64,000 bases of DNA from a virus. The position numbers and the translations under genes were made by a program. The notes under the pieces are model-generated. The model made no database searches, had not been told where the DNA came from, and was given only the letters and a program-made list of their open reading frames with translations. Each line of letters starts with the position of its first letter. Position 1 is the stretch's first letter. Where the stretch lies: positions 1 through 64,000 of the IMG/VR virus record IMGVR_UViG_3300021088_000005. One strand, given 5' to 3'. Below are positions 9,356 through 18,956 of the stretch, in pieces.

Positions 9356-10841
9356 CAAAGGCATCCAGACCAGGGACATACTCAACCTTACCTTCACCAA
9401 TAGCGCCGCAACCGAAGCGGCAAAGCGTGTAGGACTCTTAAACGCCGAGCAAGTCTTCCGAACATTCCACTCGTTCGCGTTGGAGCTAATCAAGCGGGAG
9501 CGAGATCATGTCCCGTTCAAACTAACCGACACAGTTATCCCGGTTCGCGGAGAAGACTACCAATTGCTGTTCGATCTGGTTAAGCAGTTCCCGGCTATCT
9601 CAAGCTTTAGGACTCTGCAAGGCAAGCTATCCGAGTGGAAGCGTGCTAACATAGAGCCTCAGCAGGCGATGCAGGAGTCAATCGGCACAGAGTATTACTA
9701 CGCTCTAGCGTATGAAGAGTATGAGAAGCGGTGTCGAGAGCAGGGCTGGCTAGACTTCGACTCTTTGATGCGCGAGACCGTAAAGTTATTGGAGACCAAC
9801 GATGGAGTTAGGCAGCGTAATAAGAAACGCTATCTTTCAGTGGATGAGTGCCAAGACACAGATATTACCCAATTCCGTTTCCTACAATTATTATTCGACG
9901 GAAATATCCTTGTTGTCGGAGACGAAAATCAACTTATCTATGAGTGGCGTTCAGCACAGCCTGGTAATCTCTCAAACTTTTCTCAGAAGTTTGCCGGAGC
10001 CAGAACGCTTTATCTCGGAAGAAATTATAGAAGCACTAAACGACTTGTACAATTTTTCAAAGAAATCCTACCTGTCAACAACGGACTCGCTTCGCATATG
10101 TTAACCGACAACGAAGAAGGTGTAGAGCCGAAGCTTATTCGGTACCCGCTAGACCCGGAGTTAGAGATCGAGTCAGTTCTAGACGAAGCTAGAAAAGACC
10201 CGGAGAACTCGGTTATCATTGCCAGGACAAACAGGCAGCTATTCAATGTCCAGCGTATCGCGTCGAGCAAAGGCATTAAGTACAAGAACCTAGGCAAGAA
10301 AGATTTCTGGGAGTTGAACGAAGTCAAGGCGCTACTGAATTTAGCCAAGGATGTTAACCCTGGTCAGGACGCCGGGGAAGCGCTAAGGGATATCATTCGA
10401 GACCACAACCTATACAACCGCTACCGGGGCTCCGGGGACGCTATGAACTCTGACCCGATTGAGAACCTAAACAACGTGGTCAAGATCGCGGCTAACAAGC
10501 GGGAAACAGTTAGCGCATTCCTAGGTCGGGTTCGCAAAATGACCTATGGCAGGAAAAGTAAGAAGGAAAAGGATTTGATGCTCGCGACAGTCCATCAAGC
10601 CAAAGGCCGGGAATGGAACAATGTTTTTATTGTCGCAGCAGATCACGGCATGATGCCCCACAAAGACGGTGAGCTAACAGAGGAACGCCGGATATTCTTT
10701 GTCGCATGCAGCCGAGCAGCGAAGAACTTACAGATAAGCTGGTCAGGCAATCGCAGCATGTTTTTGAACGGTTATGAGTATGACGAGTATCAACCCGAGG
10801 AATCGGGAGAGGGGAGCGATGGCTCATCTTTACATCAATAG
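9234..10841 (+). CDS. uvrD: UvrD/Rep-family SF1 helicase
   Basis: GPGSGKT, LTFTN, TFHS, VDECQD, VGDENQLIYEWR, NYRS, ATVHQAKGREW, EERRIFFVACSRA. Confidence 0.92.
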   Translation: MMLNGEQRAVVEAIDGVWVVISGPGSGKTTCMVERFLGMISKGIQTRDILNLTFTNSAATEAAKRVGLLNAEQVFRTFHSFALELIKRERDHVPFKLTDTVIPVRGEDYQLLFDLVKQFPAISSFRTLQGKLSEWKRANIEPQQAMQESIGTEYYYALAYEEYEKRCREQGWLDFDSLMRETVKLLETNDGVRQRNKKRYLSVDECQDTDITQFRFLQLLFDGNILVVGDENQLIYEWRSAQPGNLSNFSQKFAGARTLYLGRNYRSTKRLVQFFKEILPVNNGLASHMLTDNEEGVEPKLIRYPLDPELEIESVLDEARKDPENSVIIARTNRQLFNVQRIASSKGIKYKNLGKKDFWELNEVKALLNLAKDVNPGQDAGEALRDIIRDHNLYNRYRGSGDAMNSDPIENLNNVVKIAANKRETVSAFLGRVRKMTYGRKSKKEKDLMLATVHQAKGREWNNVFIVAADHGMMPHKDGELTEERRIFFVACSRAAKNLQISWSGNRSMFLNGYEYDEYQPEESGEGSDGSSLHQ

Positions 10842-12009
10842 TCGTGGAAACCCATGGCGCAAGCATTCGTATTCTGCGGGAAACACTTTCGATCAGTGCC
10901 CGTACAAGTATTATCTACAGAAGGTCCTGGGTTGGAAAGAACGAGATAACAAGGGAAGCTTTATGTTTGGGCGGGCTCTCGAAGAGTCTATCCAATACCA
11001 CCACGACCATGCCGGAGTAGGTGCTGCGGACGATTTTCTGAGACGATGGGCTGTACACAAGGAAAACGGCAATATAACGTACACCGACAAAGAGAAAGAT
11101 TGGCACACCTGCAATAAGATGGGGCATGACATGATTCGACTGTACGTGGCTGTGCAACCGAAGCTACCGATCCCGCTAGGCGGTAGGTCGGTATTCCAGC
11201 GAGAGTATGCTAAGGAAGTATTTCCAGGAGACCCTAATTATGGAGGAATTGAAGACGCAGGTAAACTCGATATTGTATCGTATGTCGAACCTAATCACCC
11301 GATGCTTCCGAAAGTCGAGTGGGATTTGCGATGGGGACATGTTCGGCCTGTCATCGTGGACATTAAGACATCAGCGGTCGATTTTCCTGAACAGCCTGGG
11401 ATGGCAGGGTTTGACACTCAGTTACGTCGCTATTCGTGGTTGTCGGGGATTCGAGACGTATCGCTTCTATGGTTCAAGAAATCCGGTTTGGGATACAAGA
11501 AGGGGTATTCCGTCACTTTCATTGAGCCCGCAGGACATTATTTGGCTGGAGACGAAGCTGTAGTTGCTAAGGTAGACGGTGACAACCTGTGGCTTGTCCA
11601 TAACGATTTTATGGTAGAAGAAATGGACAAGGCGCAAGGTAAGAAGGGAGACAAACTGGATACTACAGACGAAGCTAAACAGCGGCAGGAGAATTGGCTC
11701 AATCAGTTTGGACTACGTGTACCAGCCAATTTCATGACCCGTCAGCGCATGCAGTTTAACGCCGGACGAGTGTCAGATCAATCCGCAGAAGATGCTGGGA
11801 GAATTGCTGCGCGGCAGATCATCGGGATTGTCAATGCGTGGAAGAGCCAAGAGTGGCCGAATACATTCGGCATTCGCTATCCTAGGGACGACCGCAATGA
11901 TTCGTTTTTCCGAGCGTTCGTGCTAGGAGACGAGAACTACAAGAAACAGAACTTCACTAAGTCAGATGAGGAATCGTTTGACGACTTATTCACGGAGGAT
12001 TCGCAGTGA
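10819..12009 (+). CDS. PD-(D/E)XK (RecB/Cas4-like) exonuclease
   Basis: HSYSAGNTFDQCPYKYY; GKLDIV...IVDIKTS; QLRRY. Confidence 0.8.
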   Translation: MAHLYINSRGNPWRKHSYSAGNTFDQCPYKYYLQKVLGWKERDNKGSFMFGRALEESIQYHHDHAGVGAADDFLRRWAVHKENGNITYTDKEKDWHTCNKMGHDMIRLYVAVQPKLPIPLGGRSVFQREYAKEVFPGDPNYGGIEDAGKLDIVSYVEPNHPMLPKVEWDLRWGHVRPVIVDIKTSAVDFPEQPGMAGFDTQLRRYSWLSGIRDVSLLWFKKSGLGYKKGYSVTFIEPAGHYLAGDEAVVAKVDGDNLWLVHNDFMVEEMDKAQGKKGDKLDTTDEAKQRQENWLNQFGLRVPANFMTRQRMQFNAGRVSDQSAEDAGRIAARQIIGIVNAWKSQEWPNTFGIRYPRDDRNDSFFRAFVLGDENYKKQNFTKSDEESFDDLFTEDSQ

Positions 12010-12175
12010 ACACAATAAAATGTAATCATGAAGGGTGTGTAGCGATTCTTGAAAGTGACATTCCATTAACAGCGGACGCAAAGTACACATGCAGACTGCA
12101 CACTCCGAAGTCACCAGAAATTCATTTCCAGGAGTATCAGTTCGACCAGAACATACCACGTACTAAGAAGGCATA

Positions 12176-12580
12176 GTGACCAGGGAGCTAGACCAGCTTC
12201 GACGTATTCTAGACAGCAACGATCCGTTCATGACCGGGGGCCATCAGATTATCAAATCTGCTGGGGCTACACGTCACGCGGAGCGTATGCTACGGGTGCC
12301 TTCATGGGCCATGGATGATAATAAGATACGCGAACTAGTTAAGCGGTGTTTTCCTAACCCGGCGCAACGTGATCGAGCCGCTAGAATGGTACGCATTATT
12401 TATTTGTACTATCGAACAGGTTTGCCCGCCACACACATAGCGGAAGACCTGCACTTGAGTTTGAAAGCCGTTAAGCACATAATTAGTCGTGCCAACAAGA
12501 CAATGGTGCGTCCAGCCAAGCCGAGAGGAAGGCCGAGAAAGGAAACAAATGGAGAAAATAACAATTCAGTTTCCCTTTAG
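12176..12580 (+). CDS. HTH DNA-binding protein with C-terminal AT-hook-like motif
   Basis: YLYYRTGLPATHIAEDLHLSLKAVKHII (sigma region-4-like HTH); RGRPRK. Confidence 0.6.
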   Translation: MTRELDQLRRILDSNDPFMTGGHQIIKSAGATRHAERMLRVPSWAMDDNKIRELVKRCFPNPAQRDRAARMVRIIYLYYRTGLPATHIAEDLHLSLKAVKHIISRANKTMVRPAKPRGRPRKETNGENNNSVSL

Positions 12581-13118
12581 TCCGATAGTTTATGTTTATT
12601 GGGGAGACGCAGACTACGAATGTCTCTATGTTGGACAGAGCGGTTTTGGCTTAGCACGCCCGTTTGATAAAAATCACAAAATGTACAGCCACAGGAAAGA
12701 AGTATCTTCTATTGATATCTATCAGCTAGAATCAGGAGAAGAGGCCAGGATTGTAGAAGATGCGTTAACTCAATTACTCAACCCGAAATACGATGAGAGC
12801 AACTTAGCAGGAAACGGACGAAAGCTCCATATTAAGCGCATATCAAATCCCCCGGCATGGGCTTTAGATAGGGACAAAGTGTTAAGTTATCTAAGGTCTA
12901 GGTTTCCTAATTGGGAAACAAATAAGAGTCAAAGAAAAACCGCTAATCGTCTGCTTCAGATTATTCGCCTCTACTACGGGTTAGGCTTCACTAGGGGTAT
13001 AGTAGCTAGAAGGCTGAACACGACGCAAGGCGCGATAGGGCAGGTACTACGTAGGCTGAACAAGGCAGTGGATAGGCCAGCAAAACGACCTGGTAGGCCG
13101 AGAAAAACGACCTGGTAG
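12549..13118 (+). CDS. GIY-YIG nuclease domain fused to an HTH/AT-hook paralogous to the upstream gene
   Basis: IVYVYW...LYVGQS...E..L...LNPKY; C-half PPAWALD...YYGLG...RPAKRPGRPRK. Confidence 0.6.
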   Translation: MEKITIQFPFSPIVYVYWGDADYECLYVGQSGFGLARPFDKNHKMYSHRKEVSSIDIYQLESGEEARIVEDALTQLLNPKYDESNLAGNGRKLHIKRISNPPAWALDRDKVLSYLRSRFPNWETNKSQRKTANRLLQIIRLYYGLGFTRGIVARRLNTTQGAIGQVLRRLNKAVDRPAKRPGRPRKTTW

Positions 13119-13129
13119 GCCGAGAAAAA
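13082..13129 (+). repeat. 22-bp perfect tandem duplication AAAACGACCTGGTAGGCCGAGA
   Basis: Copies at 13082-13103 and 13104-13125, followed by AAAA. Confidence 0.95.
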
Positions 13130-13225
13130 TTACCGGGGCCATAGGGACACCTAGTGGGACACAGGGCGACGATAGCCATACTTCCCTATGATAATCTAGG
13201 CCAATTTACTGAATCCAAGGGAGAT

Positions 13226-13765
13226 ATGGAGATAAAGAAGATCAAGGTACACACCTGCAATCAGAAGATCGAAGGCTATGTAGTAGACAAATGCAAATGC
13301 CGCAGGTACGTGACCAACGAAAAGGCGGAAGAGTTAATCGGGGACGGCTTCGCAGCCTATGTAATCAAGTCGCTCAGCACTATAACAATCGAAGAAGCGT
13401 GCCCTATCTGCGCTGGTACAGACATTAAGAAGTCGTGCAGGTTATGCGGCAAGTCCGGGAAAGTTGAACGGGAAAAGGTCCACATTGAATTGGGTGAGGA
13501 TATTTACATGCGCCCGTTCCTCAAAACCCCCAGGACAGCAACTATCGAGGAAGAGCACATCGAGTACGCATATGTCAAAGGCGATAAAGACGCCATCAAG
13601 CGTATCGAGCTATACAACCAAATGTGCCAAGCTAGCCTAGCCAGATTAGGCGCTGAACTTCACGATTCGCGCACCAAAGAGATTATGGTAGAAGGAAAGC
13701 CGGAGCCCGAGAATAATGCTAAGAAGTGGGAAGGCCGCGACTTTGATTGGGGCAAGAGCATATGA
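13226..13765 (+). CDS. Zn-finger hypothetical protein
   Basis: CPICAG...CRLCG; SD AAGGGAG. Confidence 0.6.
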   Translation: MEIKKIKVHTCNQKIEGYVVDKCKCRRYVTNEKAEELIGDGFAAYVIKSLSTITIEEACPICAGTDIKKSCRLCGKSGKVEREKVHIELGEDIYMRPFLKTPRTATIEEEHIEYAYVKGDKDAIKRIELYNQMCQASLARLGAELHDSRTKEIMVEGKPEPENNAKKWEGRDFDWGKSI

Positions 13766-14070
13766 ACAAGAACCAATTCCTACTACTCAAGCTTGCTGAA
13801 GAGTGCGCCGAAGTAGCTCATGTCGCTATGAAACAGATTCAATTTGGCAAGAACAACATCCGCAAAGACAAGACAGACACTAACACCGAGCGCTTGAAAG
13901 ACGAAGTCATGGACCTATTCGCCATGGTCACTCTACTAATAAAGGCCGAAGAGATTCCGTTCATTTGGGACGACGAGATGGCCGAAGCTAGAGCGCGTAA
14001 GGTAGAGAAGATGCAGAAGTATCTCGACCAGTCATTCAAATTAGGACAACTACCGGAGATAAAACTGTGA
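13762..14070 (+). CDS. Second MazG-like protein
   Basis: KLAEECAEV...LKDEVMDL. Confidence 0.6.
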   Translation: MNKNQFLLLKLAEECAEVAHVAMKQIQFGKNNIRKDKTDTNTERLKDEVMDLFAMVTLLIKAEEIPFIWDDEMAEARARKVEKMQKYLDQSFKLGQLPEIKL

Positions 14071-14471
14071 CCGAAGAAAACGATTTCATAGTAGATCAGA
14101 ACCCGGAAGCGACTAAGGAAGGTATCGAAGCCGCTGCCGCCGCGTTGGAAGAAATCAGAAATCGATCCTTCTCCGGGCGAAATCCACATTTAGGTCGCAT
14201 GATAAATTGTGCATTTTGTGGCTTACGACACAGGGAGAATCATTTTCCTGAGTGCAAGCAGACTTTCGCTACTAAGACTCGCGAAGGCGACCCGATCCAG
14301 GGCGAACTACAGCCGCCAGAAGGATTGACCAATCTAACCGCAAGACAAACCTACGGTGCTGCTATGTTTAATAAACGTAGGCAGAAACCGCGTACCCGCC
14401 CTACCAAACCACTGACGAAGTGGCAAAGAATAATAGTCGAAGCGCATAAGAGGAAGCATGCTAAAGCTTAA
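14067..14471 (+). CDS. Hypothetical protein
   Basis: Coupled ORF; CAFC..H motif; basic tail. Confidence 0.55.
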   Translation: MTEENDFIVDQNPEATKEGIEAAAAALEEIRNRSFSGRNPHLGRMINCAFCGLRHRENHFPECKQTFATKTREGDPIQGELQPPEGLTNLTARQTYGAAMFNKRRQKPRTRPTKPLTKWQRIIVEAHKRKHAKA

Positions 14472-14865
14472 AATCTGGCTGTATAAACATCTTAGAGCAC
14501 GTTTTGCTAGGCTCGAACGAGAAGTTATACAAGCCTACGAATATGAGAAGGCCGAACTAGCGCAAAAGAAGTTTCGTAGAAATATGACCGCATCGCGCTA
14601 CAGAACACTTACGTCTCGCCCTGACCAGGAAGAATGCGGTCATCTAAAAGGTCATAGTAAATGGTACGGGTCTAGCAAGTTTCCGCGAAATGACTACGCT
14701 ATCTCATGGCACATTCATGCGGACGCGCACCACGAAGTAAAATGTATGATATGCGGAAAGCAGTTCGATCCGAAAGACCCGGAAACTCGTAGGATGATGG
14801 ATAGTTCTACAAATTCGATTACGGCTAGCGAAGTAGGGCTATTCATCCCAAGGAAGGCGCAATGA
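14458..14865 (+). CDS. Zn-binding protein, paralog of 54979..55509
   Basis: CGHLKG...DYA...CMICG...STNSITASEV. Confidence 0.65.
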   Translation: MLKLKIWLYKHLRARFARLEREVIQAYEYEKAELAQKKFRRNMTASRYRTLTSRPDQEECGHLKGHSKWYGSSKFPRNDYAISWHIHADAHHEVKCMICGKQFDPKDPETRRMMDSSTNSITASEVGLFIPRKAQ

Positions 14866-15794
14866 GCTACGCCCCGCATATCATAATGTACCATAACAAC
14901 TGTCCTGACGGATTTACCGCAGCGTATGTCGCAAAATTACGGTATCCGTTCGCGCAGCTAGTAGGTCTAGATCACGGCTTGTCCGAAGAATACATCACTT
15001 CGTTAATCTCGGGGTGCGCCGAAACGGACGTGTTGATGGTTGACTTCAGCTTCCGGACTCGCGAGCAGAACGACATGCTAGCTAAATCTGCTCTGTCATT
15101 ACGAATTCTAGACCACCACAAGACCGCCCAGAAAGTCCTGGAAGGCGCACCGTACGCTACGTTTGATTTAGAGCGATCCGGCGCAGGACTAGCATGGGAC
15201 TTTCTATTCGGAAAAGATAGCCGCGAAGCATGCTACGATGGAGACTTCGAAGACAGACCATGGTATGTTGACTACGTAGAAGATCGCGACCTATGGCGTT
15301 TCAAGCTGCCCATGTCCCGAGAAGTCAACGCATATATCATGACCTTCCCGTACGATATCACCGGATGGGATAAGATGGTTAACTCCGGCTTCATGTACGC
15401 GGCAACCGCAGGCGAAGCGGTTATTCTACAGATCGAGAAATATGTCCGTGAGGCAGTCAAGCAGGCCCAGGCGGGTACTCTGAACATCGGAGACAAGCAC
15501 TACACAGTCGGGATTGTGAACATTCCGTACCTCAATACTTCGGAAGTCGGGCACGCATTGGCGGCTAGGTACGACATCGGGCTCGGATGGTTTGAACGGG
15601 CTGACGGCATAATCCAGTTTTCGGCTCGGTCAATAGGAGATATAGACGTATCAGTGATCGCCCAGGCATTCGGCGGAGGCGGGCATAAGAACGCGGCGGG
15701 CTGGCAGGTCCCGGTAGGCAAAGGACGCGAAATAATCGATACAATTCTAGGAAGAGTTCACCCGGAGCCAGAGCAGGCATTTGGAGCGTACTAA
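14862..15794 (+). CDS. DHH/DHHA1 family phosphoesterase
   Basis: YHNNCPDG, VDFS, LDHH, EDRDLW, FSARS...GGGGHKNAAG. Confidence 0.9.
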   Translation: MSYAPHIIMYHNNCPDGFTAAYVAKLRYPFAQLVGLDHGLSEEYITSLISGCAETDVLMVDFSFRTREQNDMLAKSALSLRILDHHKTAQKVLEGAPYATFDLERSGAGLAWDFLFGKDSREACYDGDFEDRPWYVDYVEDRDLWRFKLPMSREVNAYIMTFPYDITGWDKMVNSGFMYAATAGEAVILQIEKYVREAVKQAQAGTLNIGDKHYTVGIVNIPYLNTSEVGHALAARYDIGLGWFERADGIIQFSARSIGDIDVSVIAQAFGGGGHKNAAGWQVPVGKGREIIDTILGRVHPEPEQAFGAY

Positions 15795-15803
15795 GAATAA
15801 AGC

Positions 15804-15832
15804 TTGACATCGAAACCAGGTTGTGGTATTAT
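15804..15832 (+). promoter_or_regulatory. Sigma70-type promoter
   Basis: TTGACA-17-TATTAT with TG extension. Confidence 0.8.
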
Positions 15833-15849
15833 CTTAATCGGGAGAAATC

Positions 15850-16449
15850 ATGAGCGCTTATATCAAGAATTTCAAATCAAACGCGGACATCATAGAGCAG
15901 TACGCGGCTGCTGCTGACGCCCTAGCCAACGCGGTGGTGCATTTGGCTTGGTACGGTTACGGGAGCTATTGTGGTAGCTCTCTCGTTGTGTTCGAGAAAG
16001 ATGGCAAGCTGTATGAAGTCAATGGCTCACACTGTTCGTGTAATGGTCTTGAGGGCCAATGGACTCCGGAAGAAACAACCTGGGAAGCTCTAAAAATGCG
16101 CGATTTAAGCGGTGCCGGATGTGATGGTAGCAGGGAGGCGCAAGACTTGCTGGCGGTGCTTGTTAACCAGCACTTAAATGGTCCTGTTAAGATTTGGATA
16201 GTCGAAGGTACAACCGGGGAGTATTCGGACGCTAGCTATTGGGCTGTCTGCGCCTACAAGACCAAAGAGCAGGCGGAAGAACACGCACGTAACGCTATGC
16301 TTCGCGGCAAGGAAATACAGAAGCAGCACCCTGGGCACACCTACCACAATTGGGACGAAAACCGTGTCAAGAACGAGTTCGATCCGAACATGAGATCGGA
16401 CTACACCGGAACCGAGTACTACACAGTCGAAACCGAACTGAAAGACTAA
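15850..16449 (+). CDS. Hypothetical protein, apparently two fused small phage domains
   Basis: LYEVNGSHCSCNGLEGQW; second half IWIVEGTTGEYSD. Confidence 0.65.
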   Translation: MSAYIKNFKSNADIIEQYAAAADALANAVVHLAWYGYGSYCGSSLVVFEKDGKLYEVNGSHCSCNGLEGQWTPEETTWEALKMRDLSGAGCDGSREAQDLLAVLVNQHLNGPVKIWIVEGTTGEYSDASYWAVCAYKTKEQAEEHARNAMLRGKEIQKQHPGHTYHNWDENRVKNEFDPNMRSDYTGTEYYTVETELKD

Positions 16450-16450
16450 A

Positions 16451-17125
16451 ATGTCAATTACGGTCATAGGCGACATCCATGGACGAACCAAAACGTACCA
16501 GAAGTGGCTTCGAGATAATCTCGACCCGGACCACCGAAGTATCCAAATCGGAGACATGGGACTCGGGTTCGCCGGAGTTGGATTGCCAGCCCCAGGACAG
16601 CCGATTCTGGGCATGTCACATAGATTTTTCCGGGGAAATCATGACTCCCCAGAAAAGTGCCGAGCGCACAAGAATTATCTCGGAGATTACGGCTATCTTA
16701 AGGAAGACTCTTTGTTCTGGTGCGCCGGAGCGTTCTCAATCGACCGAGATTTCCGGATCGAAGGGGTCAGTTGGTGGAGAGACGAAGAGCTAAGCTACCA
16801 GGAACTAGGCGCAGCTAGCTACAAGTATGTCACATCGAAGCCGCGTTTCATGCTGTCACACGAAGCGCCAGCAAAAGCGGCGGAAGTTTTGTTGTACAAC
16901 CTGGAAGGCCCGTACTTCGCAGCTAAGGGCGGGTGTGTAAATAGCCGTACCGCGCAAGCTTTGATGCACATGTTAGACCAGCACCAGCCGGAGAAATGGG
17001 TTTTCGGGCACTACCACGTCAATAGAAGTTTCTACGTACCGGGTTTCAAGACCGAGTTTATTTGTGTCGGAGGAATCATGGACGATTACGGACAGCCACA
17101 CACGTACGAATTGGAGACCAAATGA
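16451..17125 (+). CDS. Calcineurin-like metallophosphoesterase
   Basis: GDIHG, IGDMG, RGNHD, LSHEAP, FGHYH. Confidence 0.9.
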   Translation: MSITVIGDIHGRTKTYQKWLRDNLDPDHRSIQIGDMGLGFAGVGLPAPGQPILGMSHRFFRGNHDSPEKCRAHKNYLGDYGYLKEDSLFWCAGAFSIDRDFRIEGVSWWRDEELSYQELGAASYKYVTSKPRFMLSHEAPAKAAEVLLYNLEGPYFAAKGGCVNSRTAQALMHMLDQHQPEKWVFGHYHVNRSFYVPGFKTEFICVGGIMDDYGQPHTYELETK

Positions 17126-17285
17126 CAGTAGAAGTTCATTTGTATACGCAGTCAAATGCAGTCAAGATCGCTGATGTCCGCAACACATATACAGAGGATG
17201 GTTTGTACTGCGCAATGCTTAACGATCAGGTGACAGTGTACAAGTTTCCGTATCAACATATTTTCAGAATTAAGGAAACTAGCTG

Positions 17286-17657
17286 ATGCAGCACCTACTC
17301 GGTCATTACGAACTAGGGTTCAGGAACGTCCGGCTGTATGTGGACACCGATCATGGCAACGGATCGGTTGTTATAGTCCCGAAAGACAACGGTAGCTCCA
17401 AGATCATTGTTGGGATCGATTCCCCGTTGTACGAAGCGGTGTCGGTTCTGCTACATGAGCTATATGAGGCAGCACTGATCGACTTAAACACTCGGTACAA
17501 GAAACAACCAAGCTTTTCCGGGGAGTCATCTGACTTTGTATTCATGATGACTCACAATGAGCTAGGCGAAGCGCACGAAAGAGTAGGCACGATGCTAGTC
17601 AAGGCGATGCCAGTATTTGTGAAAGCGTATGCTAAATATTCAAACTATGAGGATTGA
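17286..17657 (+). CDS. Hypothetical protein with LLHELYE zincin-like motif
   Basis: HExxE motif in a coupled ORF. Confidence 0.5.
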   Translation: MQHLLGHYELGFRNVRLYVDTDHGNGSVVIVPKDNGSSKIIVGIDSPLYEAVSVLLHELYEAALIDLNTRYKKQPSFSGESSDFVFMMTHNELGEAHERVGTMLVKAMPVFVKAYAKYSNYED

Positions 17658-17658
17658 A

Positions 17659-18405
17659 ATGCCGAAGACTTATCTGATATCCGACACTCACCTAAAGCAT
17701 GCTAAGGTTGCGACCTATTGCAAGCGTCCGGAGAATTTTACCGAATTGCTGAATCGCAACATAAAGCAGGTTATGCGCCCTGAGGATATACTGATACATC
17801 TCGGGGATGTCGGCATAGACAAGGCAGAGGGCACCGAAGGATTCATGAAGCATGTCCGGGAGTGGCCTGGACGTAAGATACTTGTGCGTGGCAATCACGA
17901 CAATAAGTCAGTGATGTACTACATGGAGCATGGATTTGATTTCGCGTGCGATGCGATGGTGTTTCGCGGAGCATGGCTGACTCACAAGCCATGGCTTGGC
18001 GAGTTGCCAGAAGGCACTCATGTCAACGTACATGGACATCTCCATAATGTTTGGGATGGATTTCTGCCGGAAGACCCGGAGAAGGAACAAGAAGACTTCG
18101 TATTCGCGGCACGCAACGGACGGTTGCAGCGACCGTGGCACCGTTTATTTGCAGTAGAGTATACAGACTACCGTCCGGTTGATTTTGACAAGTTCATAGC
18201 GAAGCCGGACAAGTACCAAGCACGACACCCGAAGAACCCGATAGTTGTGGAGTCAGCGGAGCACTTCAAGCAACTAACTGGCAAAGAATATTCAGCTAAG
18301 GATACAGTCAAGTTTGAATATGACACGTGCCCACGCTGCGCAATTCGTGGGTGTGAGGGCGACTGTTACACCGGACCCGGAACGCTCGGGATAGGACCGA
18401 TCTAA
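17659..18405 (+). CDS. Second calcineurin-like metallophosphoesterase
   Basis: ISDTH, HLGDV, RGNHD, LTHKP, VHGHLH. Confidence 0.9.
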   Translation: MPKTYLISDTHLKHAKVATYCKRPENFTELLNRNIKQVMRPEDILIHLGDVGIDKAEGTEGFMKHVREWPGRKILVRGNHDNKSVMYYMEHGFDFACDAMVFRGAWLTHKPWLGELPEGTHVNVHGHLHNVWDGFLPEDPEKEQEDFVFAARNGRLQRPWHRLFAVEYTDYRPVDFDKFIAKPDKYQARHPKNPIVVESAEHFKQLTGKEYSAKDTVKFEYDTCPRCAIRGCEGDCYTGPGTLGIGPI

Positions 18406-18956
18406 TGGCTAACTTCGAACCAATTATTCAATGGCTAATTTATCAAGAGGATTCGCATAAAGAACCCGGCAAGGTCGAAGACCTCCAAGATGGCGCTGGG
18501 CTGACTCGTTTCGGGTTGACTCAGCGTTGGCATCAGAAAGATTTGCCGATGGAGTTCTGGTCTACTATGGAGTTTGACGAAGCGGTGAAGTACGCTAAGA
18601 TAGCGTACAAGAAAAATTACTGGAATCTAATCGACGGAGACCTGATTAACTCAGATCAGGTCGCGGCTCCGGTGCTAAGCTTTGCGGTCAACGATACTGT
18701 CCACATAGCAGTCAAGACCCTTCAGGCTGTGCTACAAATTCCCGAAGACGGACTAATCGGACCGAAGACTTTGGAGGAATTAAATTCGAAAGACCCGGAT
18801 ATTGTAGCAAAATTGTTCCGAGCAGAATGGATCAGCTTCTACCAGCTTGATGTCAGGCTTAACCCGAGCAAGCAAAAGTTCCTGGAAGGCTGGATCAATC
18901 GTGCCAACTTCCCGTACCCTTCAAATCTAGTACCGGAGATATATGGGGATAAATGA
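18405..18956 (+). CDS. Glycoside hydrolase family 108-like endolysin with peptidoglycan-binding C-domain
   Basis: E...D.AG.TRFGLT; YKKNYW; LQAVL..PEDGLIGPKTL; KFLEGWINRA. Confidence 0.8.
   Translation: MANFEPIIQWLIYQEDSHKEPGKVEDLQDGAGLTRFGLTQRWHQKDLPMEFWSTMEFDEAVKYAKIAYKKNYWNLIDGDLINSDQVAAPVLSFAVNDTVHIAVKTLQAVLQIPEDGLIGPKTLEELNSKDPDIVAKLFRAEWISFYQLDVRLNPSKQKFLEGWINRANFPYPSNLVPEIYGDK

Noticed and set aside
10819-12009. Cas4 as part of a CRISPR system
   Set aside because: It sits with UvrD and an annealing protein in a recombination module; no cas1/cas2 or array.
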